Positions 15,637 to 23,956 are shown, counted from the first letter of the stretch. The stretch is DNA of 32,000 bases from an uncultured Actinomycetes bacterium (GCA_963843975.1 CAWJMG010000003.1:420001-452000); one strand, 5' to 3'. Numbers and translations are program-made. The notes: generated by a model from the sequence alone, not told the origin.

Positions 15637-16545
15637 ATGGGCATCCTGCGGCTCGGCCACGTCGACGTGACGGTCACCGACCTCGACCTCGCGACGGCCT
15701 ACTACACCGAAGTGATGGGCATGATCGTCGTCGAGCGTGACGCCGACTCGGTCTACCTCAAGTGCTGGGACGAGGTGGACCACCACTCCCTGCGCCTCGT
15801 CTACGCACCCCGCGTCGGCCTCGACCTCATGGCTTTCAAGGTCGAGCGCGAGGACGACCTCGCCGACCTCGAGAAGGCTGTGAACCGCTACGGCTTCCCC
15901 GTGCAGCGGATCTCCAAGGGCGAGTCGGTCGGCCAGGGCGAGTCGATCCGGTTCGAGACGCCGTCGGGCCAGACGATGGAGCTGGTCCACGACGTCGAGA
16001 AGGTCGGCGGCCTGCTGCCGAAGATCAACCCGGCGCCGTTCGTCACCGGCATCCCCGGCATCGCGCCGCCGCGCATGGACCACCTGCTGGTGACGGCCGA
16101 GGAGGTCGGCGAGGCGACGACGTTCTACACGAGCGTCCTCGGCTTCCGCGTGACCGAGCAGCTGCTCGACGGCAACGGCCACCAGATCGGCACCTGGATG
16201 GAGCGCTCGTTCTCGCCGCACGACCTCGCGATCGTGTCCGGGCCCAACGGAGGCCTGCACCACTTCGCGTTCTGGCTGGACGACTGGGAGTCGGTGCGCA
16301 AGGCCGCCGACACGCTCGCCTACAACGGCATCCAGATCGACGTCGGCCCGACGCGCCACGGCGTGACGCGGGGGAGCACCATCTACTTCTTCGACCCGCT
16401 GGGCACGCGCAACGAGGTCTTCACCGGCGGCTACCGCCCCGACCCCGACTTCCCGACGATCACCTGGACCGAGGACAACATCGGACGGGCCGTCTTCTAC
16501 TACGAGGGCGAGCTCAACGACCGCTTCATGAAGGTGCACACCTGA
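15637..16545 (+). CDS. catechol 2,3-dioxygenase-type extradiol dioxygenase (two-domain VOC, type I), copy 1
   Basis: The ORF track gives 15520..16545. ATG 15637 gives MGILRLGHVDVTV. The predicted Fe ligands are the His in PRMDHLLV, the His in GGLHHFAF and the Glu in GTRNEVFTGGY. 302 aa. Confidence 0.9.
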   Translation: MGILRLGHVDVTVTDLDLATAYYTEVMGMIVVERDADSVYLKCWDEVDHHSLRLVYAPRVGLDLMAFKVEREDDLADLEKAVNRYGFPVQRISKGESVGQGESIRFETPSGQTMELVHDVEKVGGLLPKINPAPFVTGIPGIAPPRMDHLLVTAEEVGEATTFYTSVLGFRVTEQLLDGNGHQIGTWMERSFSPHDLAIVSGPNGGLHHFAFWLDDWESVRKAADTLAYNGIQIDVGPTRHGVTRGSTIYFFDPLGTRNEVFTGGYRPDPDFPTITWTEDNIGRAVFYYEGELNDRFMKVHT

Positions 16546-17456
16546 TGAGCATCCTGCGACTCAGCCACGTCGAGGTCCGCGTACCCGACCTCGAGCTGGC
16601 GACGGCGTACTACTGCGAGGTCGTCGGCCTGATCGAGACCGCGCGCGAGAGCGAGCGGGTCTTCCTCAAGGCCTGGGACGAGCACCAGCACCACTCGGTG
16701 GTGCTCACCTGGGAGCCGACGCACGGCCTCAACCACTTCGGCTTCAAGGTCACCGAGCTCGAGGACCTCGACCTCTACGCCGCCCGCCTCAAGGAGGCCG
16801 GCGTCGACGTCGTCCGCTACGGCCCCGACGAGTGGGCGCCCGGGCACGGCGAGGCGATCCGCTTCACGCTGCCGAGCGGCCACTCGATGGAGCTCGTGCA
16901 CGGCATGCAGCAGGTCGGAAACCTCCTGCCGCTGACCAACCCGCCCCCCAAGCCCCTGGGGCTGCCGGGCATCGCGCCCCCACGCATCGACCACATCTTC
17001 CTGACGGCCGAGGACGTCGGCGGCATGACCGACTTCCTCGTCGAGGTCCTGGGCTTCCGGGTGACCGAGCAGGTCGTCGGCGACGACGGCTTCCGCATCG
17101 CCACCTGGCTCGAGGTGTCTCACGCCAGCCACGACATCGCGCTGGTCACCGGCTCGAACGGCGGCCTGCACCACTTCGCGTGGGCGGTGGAGGACTGGAC
17201 GGCGCTGCGCGACGCGGCGGACGTCTGCGCCTACCACGGCGTCCGCATCGAGACGAACCCCACGCGCCACGGCGCGACGCGCGGCCACTGCCTGTACTTC
17301 TTCGACCCCGTCGGCAACCGCAACGAGGTCTTCACGGGCGGCTACTGGGTCGACCCCGACAACGAGCCCACGATCTGGACCGAGGCGGAGATGGGTCGAG
17401 CCCTGTTCTGGTACGACGGCGTCGTGAACCAGAAGTTCCTGACGGTGCACACGTGA
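16545..17456 (+). CDS. catechol 2,3-dioxygenase-type extradiol dioxygenase, copy 2 (paralog of copy 1)
   Basis: ATG 16545 shares its A with the upstream TGA (TGATG). MSILRLSHVEVRV; PRIDHIFL, GGLHHFAW, GNRNEVFTGGY. It is collinear with copy 1 over the full length at roughly half identical residues (by eye). Confidence 0.9.
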   Translation: MSILRLSHVEVRVPDLELATAYYCEVVGLIETARESERVFLKAWDEHQHHSVVLTWEPTHGLNHFGFKVTELEDLDLYAARLKEAGVDVVRYGPDEWAPGHGEAIRFTLPSGHSMELVHGMQQVGNLLPLTNPPPKPLGLPGIAPPRIDHIFLTAEDVGGMTDFLVEVLGFRVTEQVVGDDGFRIATWLEVSHASHDIALVTGSNGGLHHFAWAVEDWTALRDAADVCAYHGVRIETNPTRHGATRGHCLYFFDPVGNRNEVFTGGYWVDPDNEPTIWTEAEMGRALFWYDGVVNQKFLTVHT

Positions 17457-18538
17457 CCGCCGTGCAGGAGCCGTCCACCGGCTCGGCGTTCCCGCGCACC
17501 GAGCGGCCCGATGCTCCGGCGTACCTCAGCCGCTACCTCGAGCGCACCGCTCGCACGGTCACGCGCGAGGAGGCGGAGGACGACAGCACGCCGCTCTACC
17601 TGCGCCGGTTCCGCGAGCGTCGCGAGTCGACCGACCCGTTCGAGACCCCGGTCCCGATGTACGAGGGCCAGGAGCTCAACACCACGCGCGGCTGGGCCGA
17701 GGTCACCCGTACGAAGGAGATCGTGCCGGAGCGGCGCGAGCAGGCGGCTCAGGCCACGACCGACATCTACTTCGTGCGCCACGGCGAGACGCAGGGCTAC
17801 AGCTCGGAGTCCGGTCTCACGCCGCTCGGCTCGTGGCAGGCGCACCGCCGCGGCCAGGAGCTCGCCCGTCGCGTGATGGACGGGCACACCGTCCGCCTCG
17901 CCTGCGCCGAGACCAACCGGGCCCGCCAGACCGCCGAGCACATCCGGCGGGGGCTGCTCGACGGCATGCAGCTCTTCGGGCGCGATGCCACCGTCGGCGA
18001 CATCGTCGGCTACCGCGAGTTCCAGAACTTCGCCGTGTCGACGCCCGAGGGCCTGCGCGACGTGACCTCGGCGTTCCGCCTCTACGCCAAGGAGATCGAG
18101 GCCTACGAGCGGGTCTCGATGGGGGAGCGCCCGGGCTGGCTCGTGGAGATCGACCGCTTCTGGAAGATCCAGAACGGCGGCGGCGACCCGATCACGCACT
18201 GGCTGACCATGCCGCTCATGCACTTCGAGCCGCCGATCTCCTGCGTGCGCCGGTTCTGGGCCGGCCTCCTGCGCATCCACAACGAGACGCCGGGCAACTC
18301 CGTCGTCGTCGCGACCCACTCCGGGCCGATCCGCGCCTTCGCCACCTGGGCGATGGGCTACGACCCGGGAGAGCCCTTCAACACCGAGTTCGTGCGCGTC
18401 CGTCTCATCGACGGCGGCGTCACGGCGCTCGTGCTCTACCGCAACCGCGTCCAGGAGGTGCACGTGCCCGATCTCGAGGCCCTGCCGAACTGGTGGACCG
18501 GCACCGCGACCGCGGCCGATGTCGCCGAGGAGATCTGA
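17453..18538 (+). CDS. histidine phosphatase (phosphoglycerate-mutase-like) family protein with about 95-aa N-terminal extension
   Basis: GTG 17453 overlaps the dioxygenase stop (GTGA). The RHG motif is IYFVRHGETQGY and the second catalytic His is in VVVATHSGPIRAF. The N-terminal acidic/basic extension is not recognised. Confidence 0.75.
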   Translation: MTAVQEPSTGSAFPRTERPDAPAYLSRYLERTARTVTREEAEDDSTPLYLRRFRERRESTDPFETPVPMYEGQELNTTRGWAEVTRTKEIVPERREQAAQATTDIYFVRHGETQGYSSESGLTPLGSWQAHRRGQELARRVMDGHTVRLACAETNRARQTAEHIRRGLLDGMQLFGRDATVGDIVGYREFQNFAVSTPEGLRDVTSAFRLYAKEIEAYERVSMGERPGWLVEIDRFWKIQNGGGDPITHWLTMPLMHFEPPISCVRRFWAGLLRIHNETPGNSVVVATHSGPIRAFATWAMGYDPGEPFNTEFVRVRLIDGGVTALVLYRNRVQEVHVPDLEALPNWWTGTATAADVAEEI

Positions 18539-19629
18539 TGACGACCATCACCTGGTTCGAGAGCTACTGGGCCGGCATGAAGAGCGAGGTCGGCGGCAAG
18601 GCGGCCAGCCTCGGCGAGATGACCGGCGCCGGCCTGCCCGTCCCGCCCGGCTTCGCGATCACGACGTCGTCCTACCGCCGGGCGCGCGACGAGTCCGATC
18701 TCGACGCGCAGATCGCGCGGCTGCTGCACGGGCTCGACACGTCGAACACCGACATGGTCTCCGAGCGCTGCGCGAAGATCCGCCAGGCGATCGCCACGAT
18801 GCCGATCCCCGAGGGCATCGAGCTGCAGATCCGCGGCGCCTACCTCGAGCTCGGCGCCCGGTTCGGCATGAAGGACGTCCCGGTCGCCGTCCGGTCGTCC
18901 GCCACCTCGGAGGACTCGCCCGACGCGTCCTTCGCGGGCGAGCACGACACCTACCTCTGGGTGCGCGGCGCCGAGGACGTGATCGACGCCGTACGCCGGT
19001 GCTGGGCGAGCCTGTTCACCGACCGCGCCACCTGCTACCGCGTCGAGATGGGCTACGACCACCGCACCGTCGAGATGTGCGTGGTCATCCAGAAGATGGT
19101 GACGCCGAAGGCCGCAGGCGTGGCGTTCACGCTGGACCCGACCAACGGCGACCGCTCGCAGGTCGCGATCGACGCGGCGTGGGGCTTCGGCGAGGCCGTC
19201 GTCGCGGGAGAGGTCACTCCGGACAACTACCGCGTCGACAAGGTGATGCTCGACATCACCAAGCGCATCGTCAGCGAGAAGTCGCACGAGTATGTGCTGA
19301 CCGACCACGACACCGTCGAGAAGGTCGAGACGACGCCCGAGCGCGCCTCGGCACCGTGCCTGACCGACGTGGAGATCAAGGCCATCACCAAGCTCGCCAA
19401 GACGGCCGAGCGCCACTACGGCTGCCCGCAGGACATCGAGTGGGCCGTCGACCTCGACCTCCCCGAGGGCGACAACATCATCCTGCTCCAGTCCCGGCCC
19501 GAGACCTTCTGGAGCAAGAAGGGTCCGACGACGGTCGTCGAGCCGGGCACCAAGAGCGGCGACTTCATGTCGAGCATCGTCTCGACGCTGATGTCGCCGC
19601 TCTACACGAAGGGGGCGGACGGTCCCTGA
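18538..19629 (+). CDS. PEP/pyruvate-binding (PPDK_N, ATP-grasp) domain protein; phenylphosphate synthase beta (PpsB)-like dikinase subunit
   Basis: ATG 18538 shares its A with the upstream TGA. VGGKAASLGEM...GLPVPPGFAITT, VAVRSSATSEDSPDASFAGEHDTYL, CWASLF..RA..YR and AGVAFTLDP are the N-terminal nucleotide-binding module of PEP synthase/PPDK. At 363 aa it lacks the swivel-His domain. Confidence 0.85.
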   Translation: MTTITWFESYWAGMKSEVGGKAASLGEMTGAGLPVPPGFAITTSSYRRARDESDLDAQIARLLHGLDTSNTDMVSERCAKIRQAIATMPIPEGIELQIRGAYLELGARFGMKDVPVAVRSSATSEDSPDASFAGEHDTYLWVRGAEDVIDAVRRCWASLFTDRATCYRVEMGYDHRTVEMCVVIQKMVTPKAAGVAFTLDPTNGDRSQVAIDAAWGFGEAVVAGEVTPDNYRVDKVMLDITKRIVSEKSHEYVLTDHDTVEKVETTPERASAPCLTDVEIKAITKLAKTAERHYGCPQDIEWAVDLDLPEGDNIILLQSRPETFWSKKGPTTVVEPGTKSGDFMSSIVSTLMSPLYTKGADGP

Positions 19630-19725
19630 CCGGCTGTCCGTGGCACGTCGTTCCACCCCCGCGACCGCGCGCTGTGCGGTCGTCCACCCCAGTGAAGACC
19701 CGCAAGGGTTCTAGAAGGAGACCGC

Positions 19726-21537
19726 ATGGCTGGGTTCCCGCTCCCGTCGGAGATCACCACTCCGCCCGGCGCCGAAGGCTGGCAGGAGCTGTACGCGTAC
19801 TCGTCGACGTGCAGCCCCGCGCGCGCCGAGTACGAGGACTCGATGTTCTGGTTCCAGGACGGTGTGCACTGGCCCAAGGCCCTGCTGCCGTGGGACGCCT
19901 CCCTCATGGAGGTGGCGATCATGGCGCTGTCGCAGTACAACACCCGCCACCTGCTCGTCCCGCCGGCCAACGGCATCGACTTCCGTATCGTGAACGGGTA
20001 CACGTACCTCTCGCCCGTGCCGGCTCCCGAGGCCGACATCCCCGCCCGCGCCGAGCAGTTCATGCAGCGCGCCGGCCACTACTTCATGAACTGGAACGAC
20101 CTCTACGACAACTGGCTCATCAAGATCCGCGACCTGGTCAAGGAGATGGAGGGCATCACCTTCGAGACCCTCCCGGACGTCGAGCCCATGGAGGTCGTCA
20201 CCTCCGGTGCAGGCAAGGGCGCGGGCGGCGCGCTGCAGGCGAACTACCTCCACCTGCTCACCTCGGCCAGCACCCTGTGGCAGTACCACTTCGAGTTCCT
20301 CAACCTCGGCTACGCCGCCTACCTCGACTTCTTCGGCTTCTGCAAGCAGGCCTTCCCCGGCATCTCCGACCTCGCCATCGCCAAGATGGTCGCGGGCGTC
20401 GAGGTCGACCTGTTCCGCCCGGACGAGGAGCTCAAGCGGCTCGCCCGCATGGCCGTCGACACCGGCATCACCGACGCCTTCAAGCTCGGCGACGTCGAGG
20501 GCACCTGCGAGGCCCTGCGCGCCAAGGGCGACGCCGGCCAGGCCTGGATCTCGTCGTTCCAGCAGTCGGCCGAGCCGTGGTTCAACTTCTCGACCGGCTC
20601 CGGCTTCTCGAGCCAGGACAAGATCTGGATCGAGAACGTCGAGATCCCGTTCGACTTCATCAAGGGCTACATCGACAACCTCCAGAAGGGCGACGACATC
20701 AACCGCCCGACGGAGGCGATCTCCGCCGAGCGCGACCGCATCGTGTCGGAGTACGTCGCCCTGCTCGGCTCGGACGAGGACCGCGAGGCCTTCAACGGCA
20801 AGCTCGGTCTCGCCCGCGTGGTGTTCCCGTACGTCGAGAACCACAACTTCTACGTCGAGCACTGGAGCCACTCGGTCATCTGGCGCAAGATGAAGGAGCT
20901 CGGGGCGATCTTCGCCAAGGAGGGCTTCCTCGCCGAGCCCGAGGACATCTTCTTCATGAAGCGCCACGAGATCCCGGACGCTCTCTTCGACCTGTACCAC
21001 TCGTGGGCTGCTCCCGCGGTGGCCGCAGGCCCGTCGTACTGGCCCGGGATCATTGCCAAGCGCAAGTCGATCCACGCGGCGCTCAACGCCTGGAAGCCGA
21101 CGCCGGCCCTCGGCACCCCGCCGGAGGTCGTCACCGAGCCCTTCACGATCATGCTCTGGGGCATCACGTCGGACTCCATCGCCAACTGGCTCGGCGGCGG
21201 CGCGAGCGAGGACGGCTCCCTCAACGGCATGGCGGCCTCGCCCGGTGTCGAGGAGGGCCCGGCCCGTGTCATCTTCGGGCCCGACCAGATCAACGAGGTG
21301 CAGGACGGCGAGATCCTCGTCGCCCCGCTCACCGCGCCGAGCTGGGCGCCGATCTTCGGCAAGATCAAGGCGACCGTCACGGACACCGGCGGCATGATGA
21401 GCCACGCCGCCATCGTCTGCCGCGAGTACGGCCTCCCGGCCGTGACCGGCACCGGCTTCGCCACCAGCCTCATCAAGACGGGCCAGCGGATCCGCGTGGA
21501 CGGCTCCAACGGCAAGGTCACGATCCTCGACGACTAA
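19726..21537 (+). CDS. PEP-utilising-enzyme mobile-domain protein; phenylphosphate synthase alpha (PpsA)-like dikinase subunit
   Basis: GAAGGAG SD. 603 aa. The C-terminal swivel domain is GEILVAPLTAPSWAPIFGKIKATVTDTGGMMSHAAIVCREYGLPAV, with the phospho-His intact. The large N-terminal domain (about 480 aa) has no ATP-grasp and is presumed to bind substrate. Confidence 0.85.
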   Translation: MAGFPLPSEITTPPGAEGWQELYAYSSTCSPARAEYEDSMFWFQDGVHWPKALLPWDASLMEVAIMALSQYNTRHLLVPPANGIDFRIVNGYTYLSPVPAPEADIPARAEQFMQRAGHYFMNWNDLYDNWLIKIRDLVKEMEGITFETLPDVEPMEVVTSGAGKGAGGALQANYLHLLTSASTLWQYHFEFLNLGYAAYLDFFGFCKQAFPGISDLAIAKMVAGVEVDLFRPDEELKRLARMAVDTGITDAFKLGDVEGTCEALRAKGDAGQAWISSFQQSAEPWFNFSTGSGFSSQDKIWIENVEIPFDFIKGYIDNLQKGDDINRPTEAISAERDRIVSEYVALLGSDEDREAFNGKLGLARVVFPYVENHNFYVEHWSHSVIWRKMKELGAIFAKEGFLAEPEDIFFMKRHEIPDALFDLYHSWAAPAVAAGPSYWPGIIAKRKSIHAALNAWKPTPALGTPPEVVTEPFTIMLWGITSDSIANWLGGGASEDGSLNGMAASPGVEEGPARVIFGPDQINEVQDGEILVAPLTAPSWAPIFGKIKATVTDTGGMMSHAAIVCREYGLPAVTGTGFATSLIKTGQRIRVDGSNGKVTILDD

Positions 21538-21547
21538 GGGCAGCCTG

Positions 21548-21584
21548 TCCCGCCTGGGGGGCCGAATACGCCCCCCAGGCGGGA
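21548..21584 (+). terminator. strong GC hairpin (14-bp stem, 9-nt loop) in the 106-bp gap between dikinase and oxygenase genes; internal terminator/attenuator candidate
   Basis: tcccgcctgggggg (21548-21561), loop ccgaatacg, then ccccccaggcggga (21571-21584) is the exact reverse complement. Only a weak T-run (cttt) follows, about 15 nt downstream. Confidence 0.45.
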
Positions 21585-21643
21585 TGCTCCGTCAGACTTT
21601 CCGCAGCAGCATCCCCAGCACCGCCGCACACCGGAGGAACCGC

Positions 21644-22897
21644 ATGCTCACCGTGGAGCAGAACAACGAGCTCACGCAGATCGGCCCGGGCACGCCCATG
21701 GGCGAGCTGCTCCGGCGCTACTGGTACCCCATCGCGTTCGAGCAGGACTTCGACACGGTGCCGTCCAAGACGGTCCGGCTGCTGAGCGAGGACTGGACCC
21801 TCTACAAGACCCCGAGCGGCAAGTACGGGATCATCGGCGAGAAGTGCGCGCACCGCCGCGCCTCCCTCACCTACGGCGTCGTCCACGAGGACGGCATCCG
21901 CTGCGGCTACCACGGCTGGAAGTACGACTTCGACGGCCAGTGCACCGAGCAGCCGGCCGAGGCCGACAACCAGAACTTCCGCGACCGCGTGAAGATGAAG
22001 GCGGGCAAGGCCCAGCCGATGGGCGGCATGGTCTGGGTGTACGTCGGCCCCGACCCCGCGCCCGAGCTGCCGCGCTTCGACGTGTTCGTCAAGGACGGCA
22101 TCCGCGACGTCGGCTACACCGTCATCCCGTGCAACTGGCTCCAGATCATGGAGAACTCCGTCGACCCGCACCACGTCGAGTGGCTGCACGGCTACTACTT
22201 CAACTTCCTCGGCGAGACCAACGGCTTCGAGGCTCCGAAGGCGTTCCAGAAGAAGCACATGAAGACCGGCTTCGACGAGATGGAGTGGGGCATCCTCAAG
22301 CGTCGCGTCCTGGAGGGCGGGACCGAGGAGAACGACGACTGGAAGATCGGCCACCCGCTCGTCTTCCCGTTCTACATGCGCGTCGGCGGCGCCTACATCG
22401 ACCAGATGCAGATCCGCGTGCCGATCGACGAGACGCACACCTGGAAGCTCTTCTACTCCACGCACAACCCGGGGGAGAAGCTCACCACCCAGGAGCGCCC
22501 GCACGTGTACGAGTACCTCTGGAAGGACGAGGACGGCCGGTTCATCACCGACTACATCGAGGGCCAGGACGTCATGGCCTGGGTGTCGCAGGGTGAGATC
22601 ACCGACCGCACCCAGGAGCACCTCGGCCGCTCCGACGCCGGTGTGGCCCTGCTGCGCAAGATGTTCAAGGAGAACATGCGCAAGGTGGCCAACGGCGAGG
22701 ACCCGATCGGCACCGTGCGCAACAAGCACGACATCATCAATCTGCCCTGCGAGAAGGACAAGTTCGGGGCCGAGCGCACCTTCGCGGCCGCCTGGATCAA
22801 CGGCGGCTCGATGCGCTACAGCCCCATCAAGGACGAGCTCCTCGCGCTGCACGAGTCCTACTGGTCCGACCTGGAGAAGGCCGAAGCAGGTGCCTGA
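21644..22897 (+). CDS. Rieske non-heme iron oxygenase, alpha-only type (phthalate-dioxygenase-like family), no beta subunit gene
   Basis: ATG 21644 with GGAGG 6 nt upstream. The N-terminus is ELTQIGPGTPMGELLRRYWYP. The Rieske motif is CAH-x16-CGYHGW. The mononuclear iron motif is NSVDPHHVEWLH. 417 aa. Confidence 0.9.
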   Translation: MLTVEQNNELTQIGPGTPMGELLRRYWYPIAFEQDFDTVPSKTVRLLSEDWTLYKTPSGKYGIIGEKCAHRRASLTYGVVHEDGIRCGYHGWKYDFDGQCTEQPAEADNQNFRDRVKMKAGKAQPMGGMVWVYVGPDPAPELPRFDVFVKDGIRDVGYTVIPCNWLQIMENSVDPHHVEWLHGYYFNFLGETNGFEAPKAFQKKHMKTGFDEMEWGILKRRVLEGGTEENDDWKIGHPLVFPFYMRVGGAYIDQMQIRVPIDETHTWKLFYSTHNPGEKLTTQERPHVYEYLWKDEDGRFITDYIEGQDVMAWVSQGEITDRTQEHLGRSDAGVALLRKMFKENMRKVANGEDPIGTVRNKHDIINLPCEKDKFGAERTFAAAWINGGSMRYSPIKDELLALHESYWSDLEKAEAGA

Positions 22898-23186
22898 CGA
22901 GCGATCCGAGGTGGTGGCGCGGGCTGCTGATGCCGCGCCGCTGCCGCTCGACCCGCACGAGCTGCCCGATCCTGGGCAGTGGTTCGCCCCGGACGCCGAG
23001 CGGCACTACCTCGACCGGCCGAAGTTCTGCCCGATGTGCGCGGCCTCGATCGGCGAGCACGGCGGGATCACGACCGAGTACTGGACCGGCGACACCCGCA
23101 ACTTCATGACCTGGTGCGGGGAGTGCGGCTGGTTCGGCGAGGTGGTGCGGTTCGACCGCGTCACGATCATGGAGGAGGAGCACTGA
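22890..23186 (+). CDS. small Cys4 (CPMC...CGEC) zinc-ribbon/rubredoxin-like protein of unknown function
   Basis: This is the C-terminal part of track ORF 22593..23186. GTG 22890 would overlap the oxygenase gene by 8 nt, but the start is uncertain (in-frame GTGs also at 22911 and 22914). Third-position GC is high. KFCPMCAASIGEHGG...MTWCGECGWFGEV. Confidence 0.5.
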   Translation: MPDERSEVVARAADAAPLPLDPHELPDPGQWFAPDAERHYLDRPKFCPMCAASIGEHGGITTEYWTGDTRNFMTWCGECGWFGEVVRFDRVTIMEEEH

Positions 23187-23200
23187 ACCCGGTCGCCGGC

Positions 23201-23956
23201 GTGGACGTGGAGTCCGCTGCCGAGCTGCTGGACGGTGCCCACCTTCGAGGTGTCCTGCTCGAGGCCGTCGACGTGCGCGTCGGCGGCCTCGCTGCTGCCT
23301 ACGGCGTCCAGGACGCCCTGACCGCGCGGCGCCTCGCCCGCGGCGCGACGCGCATCGGGTGGAAGCTCGGCTACACGTCGGCCGTGATGCGCGCGCAGAT
23401 GGGGATCGGGGAGCCCAACCTCGGGCCGCTGCTGTCGAGCATGGTCGTCACGGACGTGCTCGACGACCGATTCGTGCAGCCGCGCGTCGAGCCTGAGATC
23501 GCCCTCGTGCTCGGGGAGGACCCCGGGCCGGGCGCGGGTGTCCAGGAGGTGCTGGGCGCGTGCCGGTCGGCTCACGTGGCGCTGGAGGTCGTCGACTCGG
23601 TCTGGGCCGGCTACGTGTTCGACCTCGAGCACAACACGGCCGACGGGTCGTCCGCTGCGGGGGTCGTCCTGGGTGACGAGATCCCGCTCGACCGGCTCGA
23701 CGAGGTGCGCGTGGCCCTGCACGTCGACGGGGTCGAGGTGGGGAGCGGGCGCGGCGCGGACGCGTCCGGGCACCCGGCGCTCGGGATCGCGTGGCTGTCT
23801 GCGCGGCTCGCCGAGCGGGGCCTGGCGCTGGCCGACGGCGACGTCGTGATCACCGGTGGGCTGACGGCGGCGCACCCGCTCGCGCCAGGATCGACCGTGT
23901 CGGCGGTCTTCTCGCACGACGGGTTCGGCTCACGGACGGTGGAGGTACGACGGTGA
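23201..23956 (+). CDS. third member of the 2-oxopent-4-enoate hydratase / 4-oxalocrotonate decarboxylase family
   Basis: This is the C-terminal part of track ORF 22979..23956. The start is uncertain (GTG 23201 or 23207, or CTG 23183 just after GGAGGAGGAG). GWKLGYTS, QPRVEPEIALVLG, GHPALGIAWL. Confidence 0.75.
   Translation: MDVESAAELLDGAHLRGVLLEAVDVRVGGLAAAYGVQDALTARRLARGATRIGWKLGYTSAVMRAQMGIGEPNLGPLLSSMVVTDVLDDRFVQPRVEPEIALVLGEDPGPGAGVQEVLGACRSAHVALEVVDSVWAGYVFDLEHNTADGSSAAGVVLGDEIPLDRLDEVRVALHVDGVEVGSGRGADASGHPALGIAWLSARLAERGLALADGDVVITGGLTAAHPLAPGSTVSAVFSHDGFGSRTVEVRR

Noticed and set aside
18519-21785. 1088-aa ORF spanning the dikinase genes in another frame; similar long shadow ORFs at 14815..16539(-), 19711..21405(-), 21518..22852(-), 24539..25960(-), 8243..10027(+), 6233..7969(-), 1327..2364(+)
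   Set aside because: All are Arg/Asp/Gly/Pro-rich with no recognisable motifs, and all overlap frames with strong family signatures. Absence of stop codons is expected in off-frames at this GC content.
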